A DNA stretch of 51,637 nt, filler included, from Sphacelaria rigidula (GCA_964200075.2; 4 parts of 4 records of this genome joined end to end with filler, not necessarily neighbours in it); one strand, 5' to 3'; numbered from the whole stretch's first letter, positions 1 to 11,741 are shown. Numbers and translations are program-made. Notes: generated by a model from the sequence alone, not told the origin.

Positions 1-370
1 CTGGTTTCAGGCCGTCGTGAAAAGGACCACATCGGGGCATGTACACTCCTTCCCGGCGTTACCGGTCGACGTGGTGTGGCACACAGCCTGCTATCCCCTA
101 GTTTATAGCCGAGGCGTTGGCGGATGCGGTCAGCTGCTGCTGATAAAGATCCTTGGCATAGAAACCGCTGAGAAGGCGGACACGCCGCCTCGCCCAAGCT
201 CATCTTCAGTAGCTCCCTCTACTAGCGAAGGCTCTCATGTATCTTGTGGAGCGGTCACTGCCCTGCTCTTCGCCCTTCTCGCCGCGCGGGCCGAGGCACT
301 TGGCTGAGTTTGCTGCTCGTGCAAACGTGTGTTCCGCAACACACGCGGCCATTTGGCTACCCCCTCCGCT

Positions 371-915
371 CCTCCGGAGGGCATCCATGGTGTCATTTTG
401 CAGGGAGGGAGCGGAAAACGCCAACCTCCAGCTGAGCACACTTTTTGTCCTCTCAAGGGAGGGTGTCACCTCCTGTTCCCTCCAGAGGGCATCCACGGAG
501 TCACTGTCGAGGAATTCCTCGGACAAGGTCACCCTTTAGTTGGGTGCGTTTCCTTGTCCTCTCGAGGGAAAGTATCACCTCTTTTGTTCCCTCCAGAGAG
601 ACCGAACGAACATCCGTCAAGAGGGGTAAGGGGGTAGACAACACTTTAGAGGCGAAAAGGGAGCCAAAACTCTAATGGAATCTCGACCCCCAACATCCCT
701 CCGGAGGGCATTCAAGTCGTCTGTCTGGCGGGATGCCATGGAAAAGGTCGTCTTCTAGCTGAAAACATTTTGGATCCCATGAAAGGAAGACGTGATCTGC
801 TATTCCCTCCACAGGGACCGAACAAACATCCCCCTATAGGAGGAGGAAATGGAACAGACCCGAGAGGCAAAAGGAGAGCCACGGCTTTGGTGGGATGTCG
901 ACCCCCTACAGCCCG
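371..915 (-). repeat. Degenerate ~108-bp tandem repeat (about 5 units), possibly a decayed repetitive coding region
   Basis: The anchor CCTCC(G/A)(G/C)AG(G/A)G recurs near 371, 479, 590, 698 and 805. Units 590-700 and 805-915 align over most of their length. On the minus strand the anchors read MDALRR, VDALWRE, LNALRR and FVRSLWRE (twice), with stops and frameshifts between them. Confidence 0.55.
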
Positions 916-2412
916 TAGGCGGGGAGGGCGTCAGTAAGCCCTCTACAGGGATCGAGGGTGCCCCACAAAGGTCGATAGCGTGTATTCGATCCGCTGGAGG
1001 GTTATTTGACCCCCCGACACAACAGAAGGGACATATCAACGTCCACGGGGCAGTTGCTTGCGCACGAGCCCGTGGGCTCGAGAGCCCTTTACACAATGGA
1101 ATGCGGTGCCATCCAACCACTACTCGACGATTTGCTGTCTACCCAGAGAAGCAAGAAGCAATCGCAACCTGAGCAATGCAAGAAGAAAAATACAACCTAC
1201 TGACGAAGAGAACAGCTTAAACAAGGTAACAGTTGCTGTACAACGTTGGCAAACAAAGGGGATACGCCCTGAGGACCCGCGCCACCCAAAAAATGGCTCG
1301 AATATATGCATTGCCCCTCTCCAAAACAAATCAAACGATCGCCTGCTGACCATCAAAATGAGCTCAAGTCTCCAGGCGCTCATGTCGGTACGCGCGCATC
1401 AAAGTCCGTGCATCATTGAAAGTCCAGATATTGACTTCCGTCACACCGAAAATGAAAAGAAAAGCACACGCCGGTCTTGCTACCCCTTACCCCCCCTTTC
1501 CCCCCCAATATTTTCCCTTTGCCAACTCCCTGCAATCTCCCACTTCATAATGTAACCTCCCACGTCAAACGCGCCGGCGTACTCGTCCTTCTCTACGTTC
1601 ACTTCGTCGCCGGGGTTTGCTCCGTTGACGGCATTCTCCGCGTTGTGTTTATCATCGCTGGTCTCTTCGCCAGTATTGTCGTCGACCAAGCCGTCATCTT
1701 AAGGCATGTGCATGCATTGAAGCCACAGTGGCGAGGGGTATCGATCACTTGCTGGAACAGTAGAATTGGAACCCCTCGCCTAACATGTACCATGTTGCGA
1801 CGGTGGGTTCAAACGCCTGATCGTTTACCGTTTGTTTTTTGTAGAGTGCGTCACAATTTCTCAGAAGGGCGGAAATTCTACTGTTTTTGAAAGCTGTGCT
1901 TGGAAGCGATGCTTCAATTTGAGAGGGTGGATAGTATGGAGTATCTGCCCTTTCCAATTCTGTGAGAAATGGCGACACCAAGAACGTAACCGAGGACACA
2001 CTCAAATCCGTATATCAGGTCTGCCATCCTCATCAATGGAATCTCCGCCAAACAAGCGTTACACTGTACATTTATTTATCGTGCAGTTGGTAGGGGATAC
2101 AACACCACATATTTCGTATGATGGCCCTGTGCGCGGGAAAAAGACAGAATCTGTGGAAAGTATTTAATATTTTGGCCGCCCCTACACCGAGGGGGAGGGG
2201 ATTAAACCTACTCGGTATCCATACAGAAAAACTAACAGTAAACAAGATAGCTTCGCTGAAAAGCCATGGCCCAAACATTTGTAGGAGCAAGTAGTCAAGA
2301 GGAAAAGGTGTAGTGGACAACAGTTAGCCTCCGCGTGCTGATGCTGAACTCTCCTAAGAAGACACCGGAAACATTCGCCTGCCACAGAGAGTAGTACCTT
2401 AAATGGCAGGGA

Positions 2413-2516
2413 GGGGGTGTACTCATGATCATGCCTGCCATAGTCATCAGACCATTCACCTTGCATCCCTACCAAGCCGGGACTGAACACGCCTGGTTTT
2501 CGCCGGACCAGGCTCG
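2413..2516 (+). repeat. G-tract interspersed repeat, subfamily A, copy 1
   Basis: GGGGGTGTACTCATGATCATGCCTGCCATAGTCATCAGACCATT...CGCCGGACCAGGCTCG closely matches 11294-11394 (+) and 12938-13011 (-). Confidence 0.85.
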
Positions 2517-2543
2517 CACTCAAGCACCAAGCGCGAAGCGCCG

Positions 2544-2786
2544 TGTTGTGTTTGGTGAGTGGTATGGAGGGTGAGCTGCATCCTCCTAGGATTATTCGGC
2601 TCGAGCCTACTGATTATCTTGCATTTGGATGACAGCCTACAATAAGTTGCTTCATTTTCTGGTATCGGCCACTTCCACAGAGAGTCACGGCTTATACACT
2701 GTCTCCGTGGTGTGTCACCATTCAGACACTACGTAGTACGATCACCCCCATTGTGCAGAGTAGACGTTCCCCCACGCCGCACAACA
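2544..2786. mobile_element. Candidate LTR (243 bp)
   Basis: Begins TGTTGTG and ends CACAACA (7-bp terminal inverted repeat, TG...CA). Its first ~25 nt resemble the start of the LTR-like segment at 7773-7965 read on the minus strand. No target-site duplication seen. Confidence 0.35.
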
Positions 2787-3469
2787 TGATCTAGCTCGAC
2801 TATCATCATGGTTACCGCAAACACGAATGCAAGCGTGCAAAACAAACGGCAACCTGGCTGCCTAGCTTACGCAGTGGATGGCGTGTTTATAGCGTCATCG
2901 CCAACTGACGCCAACTCCATCGGGGGTCCGCCCAATGGCAGGTGGGGTGGCAATAGTAAAGGGATCGACAAAGGAACCTTGGCGAGAGGGAGAGGGAGAG
3001 CAGCGAAGAGCGCCAAAAAGCAACGCTACGGTACGGAAGAACGATCACAACACAAGCACAGCTGTTCTTATGCACGCACGTGAAACTACTGCACGTCGCA
3101 CAGCACCTCTGCGCCGTGAGGGGTTCTAGGCACGCTCTTCTTCAGCATCCCTGTCACTCTCTCCTGTTGTTGAGCCTGTCTTCCACCCACATGCGCGGCG
3201 AGGGCAAAAGTTGTACCGAAACGCGCAACCGCATGTACTACTGCTGAGAAATACACACACATATATATATATATGTTTATACGGGGGCGAGACTGGCTGC
3301 TGAACTCGCGCACATCACGTCACGCTTGGCATAAAAAAAGATGAAGTAGACCCGTGTTCCGTACTAGTCATTAGAAATTTCAGTGTCTCCACACACGACC
3401 CAATGCACACGTATCGTCGACTGCGGGATAACGGTAGGATTAGGTGAAACGTGTAGTGAGATACTCACC

Positions 3470-6150
3470 CACAAAGTTGCTCAAATCATCCATGATTACC
3501 ACAATGTATCGAAACCCAGCATCCTTCGACAAACCTTGGGAAGCTAGCGGGCCACTCTCGCCCACGTACAAGAAGTCAAAATGAACGACTTCATTCGGCG
3601 TGGTCCCATGAACCGTTTCGCCGAGCGGGCGGAGAAGAACATCTCCCGCCCTCGATTCAGCACAGTGAAGACACTGGCGGACAACCTCACGCACCTGAGC
3701 TTCCATTCCCTGCCAAACATGAAACTCTTGTAAGCGCACGAGTGTCGCAGCCACACCGCAATGCCCGGCATCGCGCATGTGCGCACAAATCATCAAACGT
3801 ATGTGCAATTGTTTGTCGGAGCTGGGAATCCACAACACGTTTCGGCCACGTACATGCACACCAAACAAACCTTCATTGTCCAAAATCGCAGTACCAACAT
3901 CCGACTTGAAGGATGACACATCGGCATCAGTCGCCCCAAGTTCTTTCCGTTGAGCTTGGTAGACCACAGATTTCGACGGCATCAAATCATCTGCTTCACA
4001 CGGACCAGATGTAGTCACAGCTCGCGCGGGCACAGTGGGAATATTGACCCAGCGCAACAGCAAGCGACCCCACGCGCTACGTTCACCCGAAATATGACAA
4101 ACCGTGTACCGATACTGGCCTAATACACCTTTCCACCCCTCTAATCGTTGTGCCAACGCCTTCGAAACAGACGTCACGCATGCCTCCGGGTTGAAAATTT
4201 ACGCTAGAGTGCGATGATCCGTGAAAATGTGCACGCCATTCCACAATAGATGCTCGAGACGACGAAAAGTGCTCACGAAGGCAAAATCTTTCTTGTCAAT
4301 GGTTGCTCAACGCATCTGTGAACCCTTGAAATTACCGCTGAGAAAAGCCAGCGGTTCATGCGTCATGTCTTCAAGCGGAAACCGTTGTTGCATTTCTGCA
4401 TCAGGCACCTGCTTTACGAAACTACCCCAATGACACTCGGATGCATCCGGAAACATCGGCACCTAGCAACCGGGGCGGGGATGGAACAACGTCACGGCAT
4501 GAGCCACCAGATCCTTCGCTGCCGCCCATGCCTGCAGCCTGTCCTCCGTCTACAATGCGGGCGGAATAACGCGGTTTTTGGCCACCCGCGTCGGGCGCCT
4601 CGCAGCCCCCACCACGAGTTCTTCTAGGAAAACGCGTAAGGGCGCCACTACTTCGGCCATGCGTGGCAACGAGGTACGCAACCGGTTCATTGCGTGCAGG
4701 AATTGCATTAGTTCTGGTGCTGTTTCTGGACGTCGCATGTCAGACAAACCTTGCAAGCGGACTGGATCATGCGAGACGCGGCCGTGTGAATATACTTTGC
4801 CACACCACACTAATTCACTAGCAAACAAAGTACACTTGTAGGCAGCTGCAAACAGACCAACACTCTCTAAGCGAGCCAGGATCGTATCAAGCGTATCCAA
4901 CAGTTCCGTATCCGCGAAGAAAAAGACATCATCCACCCAGATCTTGCATTTCAATCCACCTAAAAGGTCTACCATGACACCTTGACAATAAGAAGGAGCA
5001 TTCAACATGCCTTGCGGTACTCGTTGCGGGGTAAACATACCAAACGAAGTCGTGATGGTGAATATCTCTCGCGCCTCTTCGGCCAACGGAATCTATCAGT
5101 ACCCCTGTAGGAGGTCCAAGTTACCGAAGCGTCGCGCGCTCAACAGGACTATCATGTCGGATTCCTGATTGGGCATGACACCCGGTGACTTCTTCACCTG
5201 ATCATTGACGGCTCCGTAATCGCTGACAAGACAGAGAGAGTCCTCCTCCAGCACCGCCACCGCTGGACTGGATCACATCGCCTATAGATTCCTGAACACC
5301 AACCCAAACGCCACAAGAGCTCCCATGCAAGAAGCTAACCAACTGGACTTTACTGGATCATACCTCCTCGGTATTGCCTTCACCGCGGCCGTCCCTGGCT
5401 TCAGTGTAACCCTCATGGGTTCCACGCGTGCAGGGGGATCACCCATCAGCGCACGACGAAACGCGTTAACGTGGCGGTTCAATACGCCACGCAAGCGCTC
5501 CGCTTTTGAGACGTTGAGGCCATTTGCCACAGCATCCGTCACGCTTTCCTTCAGCGCAGCCATCCGCTCGAACTCCTCTTCTGCCGGCTCCATAAATATA
5601 TCGGGGCCACGTTCCACTAAGCGTTCCACCGCTTCATCACGCTCCTCGGACACCTACCCCCCCCGCCTCCTGGAGAGCATCAACCGACAAGCTCACTCTG
5701 CGACTGGCCAAAACAGCAGGCATCTCGACACTCGAACCGGGCGACGGCATTTGCGTTTTTAGGGATTCTAACAGCCGATCATACGGGTCGACTCCGAGTT
5801 CCCGAAGCGTCGGTAAGCCCAACAGAACGACACCATCCGTCCCCGGCATGATCGCAAACGATATCGGGGGTAATATCGCTGGCCCCCAGGTCGTCCTGAA
5901 CGCCAACTGTAGGGGAACCGTACGCTCCGTGACATTTACACGTTGCCCCGATGCGGTGATGTCCTGCCGCGCCCCGAGCGAAAACGGAAGGCGGGTTTGC
6001 TCACCAGGGAGTAGACGCTCCAGCATCTCCACAATCAGCACTGACACCCTCGTGAAATGGGCGCCTGAATCCGACACAGCGTTCGACCGATATGGTTCCC
6101 CGCGCCCGTTGATTTGGGAAATATTACACTGCAGGAATATGTTTTTCTTA
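3470..6150 (-). pseudogene. pol: pol (protease, reverse transcriptase, RNase H, partial integrase) of the gypsy element
   Basis: Motifs are spread over ORF fragments 5637..6293, 5282..5653, 4550..5086 and 3440..4177, separated by in-frame stops and frameshifts. Confidence 0.9.
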
Positions 6151-6413
6151 GTACTCGACCGGCACCTGCTCCGCCGACTGATTTGTCGTGATCCCCGCTT
6201 AGCGCCCCGGCTGCGCGTGCGGCGCAGGCATAGATGCCCGCGCTGGGGTATCCGGCACCGCCGGCGGGTACGAAGCCCCGCCCGCAGAACCAAATTGCAG
6301 TGGTACTCCGGCCGACGCAGCGGCGGATCAAAATTTCAGCTGAAATCGGGCCGGCTCAGCAGCAGGTGTCTCGCTTTTCTCTGCTGCCGGCGGCGCCGGC
6401 ACCGAGCCCGACA

Positions 6414-7355
6414 CTAAAGTGGTCGATCCCACCTGCACCGCCCATTGCGGAGCAGCAGCCCTCCGGCTGAGCCGGACTCAGAACCGGACCCCTGCTGACA
6501 CCGCTGCCCCTGCTGCTGCTGCTGCTGCGGCTGCTGGGAACTCGACTGCACACCTCCACCGCTGGAGGATCCGCCTCGGCCGCCATCCCGATTTCCTTTT
6601 CCTCCTTTGTGATTGCAAGGGCGCGCGGCACTTGTCTGCCCAGACTCCCCCTTGGAAGGCGTTGGGCACTTGCGTGCGTAGTGGCCTGCCTGGCCACACT
6701 GAAAGCAAGTGATGTTGGCGGCGGCACTGTCTGCGGATTTCGATCCGTGGTTACGCGACCTCGAAGACTGCGGCGACGAAGTGGATGATGTGCCGAATAC
6801 TTCAATCTTCCGCCATGCCTGAGCCTCAGCCACCACGGGATCTATAACTAAGTACGGGTCTGACTTCCAATTGGTTTTGTGCGGTAATTGCACAAGCACG
6901 GCCTGTTTGAATTCCGCCGGTGCCAGACCCTCCACTATCGCTTGCGTGATCACCGCAGCGAGCCCTGGACGGAATTTCCCATTGGAGGAACGATAAACCA
7001 ATCCGACGTTGGGGTTTTCAAAACAATATGTCTCCAACTTTCCCATGATTGGCTGCACCCTCTCACGCATGGTTTTCCCCTTTTGGTTAGTGGCGACAGC
7101 CTTCACCACGGCCGCGAATGCCTGGGTTACCTCTACCTCAGCACCCGCCGCATTCCCTGCATGCTTCTTAATCGCTGCAGCCAATTGCAGCGGCGTTATT
7201 GGATTCTTCTCGTGGAATCTTCTCGCAAAAACGCGTTGGAGGGGGGTAGGCACGAGTTGCACCATGGAAACTACCTTACCGCACCCCCCATATTCGCATG
7301 CTCCACCCGCTACTTGTATTCCACATATTTCGTATAAAACGAACGAGAAGCACAT
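6414..7355 (-). pseudogene. gag: gag of the gypsy element
   Basis: 313-aa ORF with a CX2CX4HX4C knuckle followed by Gly/Gln-rich low complexity (CAG repeats ~6505-6535), immediately upstream of the protease. 5' end appears disrupted. Confidence 0.85.
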
Positions 7356-7772
7356 TCAGAATACAATTTTCCGTAACTGGGAGGCTGCAACTCTTCTCTC
7401 AGAACAACTGGGGTTACGGTCGTCTCCGCTGGCTCTTCGGTCGGTACCTCTGTAGTCGACATTTCCGAGCGGACCTAATCGAAGGCTTCTGAGCCTTCTC
7501 GAACTCGACAATTCACACCTGCCTTCGTCGCCGCATCACACAGCCGTGGGGTCCTATAAACTCCCGCTGCACGCAGCTCCAGCAAGTCTCCAGTCTGGAT
7601 CAATCACGGACCAGCCGCCCTTGCAGCTACTTCAGCTTGAACCCTCCTCACACGTCCGTGAAGCAATATGTCCGAGCTGTCCAGACTCCTCTCTACTGAA
7701 AACTTTCCAGCAGTCACTAACGATAGCACTACTAGCACGACTAGCACTAGTACCGATATTATGACGCCAGCA

Positions 7773-7965
7773 GGTTGCTAGTACTGCAGCGTCTAATGCT
7801 GTTGAGAGACTCCCCAGTTGCACTGGCCTCAGGTTTCAGCTGTTAGCCTTCACAACACATTTTATTATCCTGGAGTGCCACCCAGGCACATACGCTCCAT
7901 AACCCACATGAGGGTATCACCCCTGTGTCCATGTCATCATCCATATCATCACCACATACTCAACG
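7773..7965 (-). mobile_element. Putative 5' LTR of the gypsy element, with PBS-like motif at ~7753-7769
   Basis: On the minus strand it starts CGTTG and ends CAACC (each one change from TG...CA), contains AATAAA, and is followed 3 nt later by TGGCGTCATAATATCGG, upstream of gag. Confidence 0.45.
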
Positions 7966-8040
7966 TGACGGCGTGATTTCGTCATAGGTAACAAAAAGGC
8001 CCTCTCGAAAAACAATATCCGCGGAAAAGTAATGGCTTGA

Positions 8041-8517
8041 GGCCGCTCCTTATAACAAACAAAAACAAAATGGGAAAATGCCTTTTTGGAGCTCCTACGT
8101 CGTTTTGCGCCTTAAAAGAGAGCCGGGCGATTTTCGACAGCTTGGAATGCCTTGCTATACTCGTTGATACAGTTCCAGCACCTCTGTGCGTTTTCCCGGC
8201 GGCCGCAGCTTTTTCTTGCCCAACCTTGCATTTTCTGGCAGACTGGTGAAATCGACAGAAACGTCGCGATTTTTTGTGGAGTTCGCCGGTCTCCGAAAAA
8301 GGAGCGGTCTCCGAAAAAAGTGCAAGGTTGGGCAAGAAAAAAGCTTCGGCCGCTGGAAAAAACGCACAGGTTGTGTTGGAACCGTCTTGACGATTACAGC
8401 AAGGCATTCCAAGGTTCCAAAATCCGCCTAGCTCTCTTTGCAGGCGTAAAACGACGCGGAAACTCTGAGAAAGCTTTTTCTCACTTTTGCTTTTCGTCTG
8501 CTAAAAAAGCAGCGGCC
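8041..8517. repeat. Long imperfect inverted repeat, hairpin 1 (arms ~8041-8234 and ~8315-8517)
   Basis: Perfect reverse-complement blocks 8211-8230/8321-8340 and 8141-8156/8398-8413; outer GGCCGCT/AGCGGCC. Confidence 0.92.
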
Positions 8518-8535
8518 ATATAGTATAACGAAACG

Positions 8536-8940
8536 TCCTGTAAAAATGCTGTTTTGGTCCTTCTTCGTTTTACGCCCTGAAAGAGAGCTAGGCGGAGGTT
8601 TACACCTTGGAATGAGTTGCTCTACTCGTTGAGACGATTCTCGGATATGCTCGCGTCGTCTGGTGGCCGCAGTTTTTCTTTCACCAAATTTGCTTCTTTG
8701 TCCAAGAACGGTAACGAACGGTTGAATCTAGAGAAAACTGCCCTTTTTCTCTGAACTTCACTGTCTCTGGACAAAAATGCTTATGTGGCCGAGATTAAAA
8801 CTGCGGCCACCGGAAAACACGAACATCTCCTGGAACTGCATCAACGAGTAGAGCAACTCATTCGAAGTTGTCAGACTCCGCCTAGCTCTCTCTTCTTGCA
8901 TGAGACGACGAAGAAGGACGAAAAAAGCATTTTCACAGGA
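8536..8940. repeat. Long imperfect inverted repeat, hairpin 2 (arms ~8536-8704 and ~8768-8940), paralogous to hairpin 1
   Basis: Perfect 23-bp pairing 8610-8632/8841-8863; outer TCCTGT/ACAGGA; arm sequence aligns with the hairpin 1 arms. Confidence 0.92.
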
Positions 8941-8945
8941 CAACA

Positions 8946-9362
8946 GCGGATTCTTGAAAATGGGGTTGAGCACAAAAATGACGTTGAAGTCAAAATCAGT
9001 GCTTTTCCTGAACTAAAGTCATGACAAATGACTTTCATGTGGACGACCTCATCCCTCCCAACCTCCTGAAAACTATTCCGAAGGAGGTCTAGCCTTCCGT
9101 TCCCTCAAAAGGTATATGCGAAAGCATGTTTTTAACTTGATTCCGGGGTGAAAGAATGGACGTTTCTTGGCCCAAAAATCGTGCTCTCGCACATGCCCGT
9201 TGGGGGAACGAAAGGCTAGCAATCCCCCGAGATAATTTTCGGGAGGTCGGGAGGGATGAGGGCGTCCATATGAAAGTCGTTTGCCATTACTTCAGGTCAG
9301 GGAAAGCACTACGTTTGAGTTGAATCTCATTTTTTAATTCAACCCTATTTTTCAGGATCCGC
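8946..9362. repeat. Long imperfect inverted repeat, hairpin 3 (arms ~8946-9133 and ~9174-9362)
   Basis: Pairings include GCGGAT/ATCCGC at the ends, CCTCATCCCTCCC/GGGAGGGATGAGG, GACTTTCAT/ATGAAAGTC and CTAGCCTT/AAGGCTAG. Confidence 0.92.
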
Positions 9363-9391
9363 CATTGGACATTTGTTTTTGCTGTAAGGTA

Positions 9392-9683
9392 ACGGGTGCC
9401 CCTCTGAGGTCTGTAATCTGGCCATTTTGGGACCTTATCCACCTTTCGCAAGGTCCGCGGGTTGGGTAGACAACTAAAGAGCATTTGCACAGCATGGACA
9501 GGATCGAAACAAAGCATGTCCCAGTCTACAGGGAAGTCACCCGTCTATAGACTGGAACATGTTTTGTTCCGATCCTGTCCATGCTGTGCAAATGCTCTTC
9601 AGTTGTCTACCCAACCCGCGGACCTTGCCAAAGGTGGATAAGGTCCCAAAATGGCCAGATTACAGACCTCAGTGGCCACCCGT
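9392..9683. repeat. Near-perfect palindrome, hairpin 4 (arms ~140 bp, short loop); possible foldback MITE
   Basis: ACGGGTG...CACCCGT ends; arms match almost throughout, e.g. CTGAGGTCTGTAATCTGGCCATTTTGGGACCTTATCCACCTTT and its reverse complement. Confidence 0.95.
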
Positions 9684-9878
9684 GATCACTTCTCATGTAT
9701 GAAAACTCACTTTCAAAAACGTCATTTCCCAAAAACACGTTTTTCAACAGAACTTTTTAAGTAGTCCTTCTGACGTGATCGACGCTATCAAAATTAGAAA
9801 AGCAGTGTTCATCGTTTCCCACAAGGCTTGTGGGCATAATTTCAAATTGTGGGGCGCGCGAGAGAGACAGCACTCCGC

Positions 9879-10436
9879 TGTCGTGCCATGGTGTACGCTT
9901 TGTACTTCATGTCTGTACTACTGTAACATATTGACTGAGCAATACCGATTCTGGGAAATTTCGGCGATCTGTCATTAAGCTTGGTGGCAGTAAGATATCA
10001 CGATGTGCGGGTCTGCTCGTAGACCCTGGATTCCGTGACGTGTTGTTACTGCGTTTGCTACTGTCATTAGTTAGGAGTGTCTGGCTGCGGCCAGAGGTCG
10101 TGTCGACCCACCTCAATCAGTTACTGCCTGTGCCGCGGTCTACTCTGGGGCATCACTGTGCTCTGCTCCTATAGCTGCGCCGCGGCTGTACTGAGTAAGA
10201 GAGCTGCTTGTAAATATAGCATGATGCTATGAAACACGGGAGTTCCCGATCAGCGGTATACATGAATTAACCTACTCTGTGGTTGTTCATGATGGATAGC
10301 TACAGGTCGTACGTTGTGCTCACGTGAGAGCTTGGGTTAGCTGGACCCAATGGTATCTCCTGGTACTCGTGCTGAGAGACTTCAGCCAGTGCATAAGCTA
10401 CTCCCATCATTACGACAATTGGCGTCGATAAACGGA
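9879..10436 (+). mobile_element. Candidate 5' LTR (9879-10417) plus PBS-like motif of a second, truncated LTR element
   Basis: Starts TGTCGT, ends ACGACA (6-bp inverted termini), then AT, then TGGCGTCGATAAACGG. No recognisable gag ORF follows. Confidence 0.45.
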
Positions 10437-11293
10437 CCTTGTTCTGCTTGGTTATGGAGTCTTTGTGTTGATTGTCGTTGTGTTTTTCTGCTCATGCTGT
10501 AGTCAGTAACTCACCTTTTATTTTTCTGCGTTTTTTACTTGTATTTAGTGAGACGCCCCTGTGCTATTCTGATTGTCCTGGGCGTCAGCTTACTCTGGGT
10601 TCGGTTGCATTGTACAATAGTAGTGAAGACTGCTGTACGTTGCCCCCGCTTCGCCTGTTAATGATACATCTCTGCCCCCCCGTTGGTACACTGCTTGTAG
10701 CTGCTGAGCGATTTGCTGTAGCTGCCCTTTGGTCCTGTTCCCGCTCGTTTACATCCGCGTAAGTGGCACGGTGACGCACTTTGTTGGTTTCCCGACTACG
10801 CGTCGATCTGGCCGGAACTGCGTTCTACTTCCACCTTGTGCATGTGGCCAACGGGTATTCTGTCTCCCTACAGTGTGTTCACTCTGCTTTCGAACAGGGT
10901 TTCGCACACGCCACTGTGCCACGTGCAAATTGTGTGTCCACCGACCACTACTACATTACATTGATGGTGGTTAGTAGTTCGTTCCGACGGCTCATGCTGT
11001 AGTAGGATATGGTTGATTTGCCTTGTGCCGAATTAAAACGTCCGCCCCCCCCTGTACCTCGGCAAGCCCCCCAGATATTAGTAGATGTGCAACCACCCCC
11101 CCCCCCTCCCCCCCCCGGCGCTCTTTTTGTGTGTTGCGGTACTCCACCGCGCAGCATGGTTCTGAGGTGTGGGAAGCTGAACCGTCAGCCGTGGAAACAA
11201 CAGCTTCCCCCTGTGACAGCACACGCATATAATACCGTGCATCGCGTTGTTGACGTTGGCACAACTGATCCAAGTCTGAGTCATGCTACGATA

Positions 11294-11394
11294 GGTGTAC
11301 TCATGATTATGCATGCCATAGTCATCAGACCATTGACCTCGCATCCCTACAAAGCCGGGACGGAGCACGCCGGGTTTTCGCCGGACCAGGCTCG
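11294..11394 (+). repeat. G-tract interspersed repeat, subfamily A, copy 2
   Basis: Closely matches 2413-2516. Confidence 0.85.
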
Positions 11395-11741
11395 ATAGGG
11401 GGGGGAAGTTCGAATCCGCGAACAAATTGGCTCATAGGTGCGTCAGATGACCCCACACACTCGCGATGCGCTTGTATTTGGATATAAGCGATGTCAAACA
11501 GTATAAATGAGCGTTATGAATCGGAAGCAAGCGCGTTCGAACTACCGTTGCTGCTATCAACGACGATTGCAAGTAGAACTTCGTGAAAGAAAGCGGCCCA
11601 AAATACCCCCGCCCTATCGTAGCATGACTCGTCTACAGTAGTTGATTTCCGCCATTCTGGGACAACGCCGTCCCACCGATTTCCTCGTCATGGTGTATGT
11701 ATTTTTGTTTTCCGTCAAGGGTACTACTACAAATTTTCCTT

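Larger units (their letters stand above)
3470..7965 (-). mobile_element. Ty3/gypsy LTR retrotransposon, decayed and 3'-truncated
   Basis: Minus-strand domain order is gag (CFQCGQAGHYARKC zinc knuckle), protease (AVSDSGA), RT (RVPQGMLNAP, KIWVDD), RNase H (HIFTDHRTL), integrase (H-H-C-C zinc finger, VHFDF, IMDDLSNFV). RT-RH-INT order defines Ty3/gypsy. Several stops and frameshifts; integrase breaks off near 3470; no 3' LTR found. Confidence 0.93.

Noticed and set aside
1120..2320. Protein-like minus-strand fragments (e.g. 1480-1689, 1745-2005)
   Set aside because: Interrupted by stops, no recognisable motif or consistent splice model; possibly decayed TE but unsupported.
2544..7965. 2544-2786 as the 3' LTR of the gypsy element
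   Set aside because: It is not a direct repeat of 7773-7965, the limited similarity is in the opposite orientation, and there is no adjacent polypurine tract.
7982..9517. Short ORFs with mirrored similarity on both strands
   Set aside because: A by-product of the inverted repeats; no domain or splice support.
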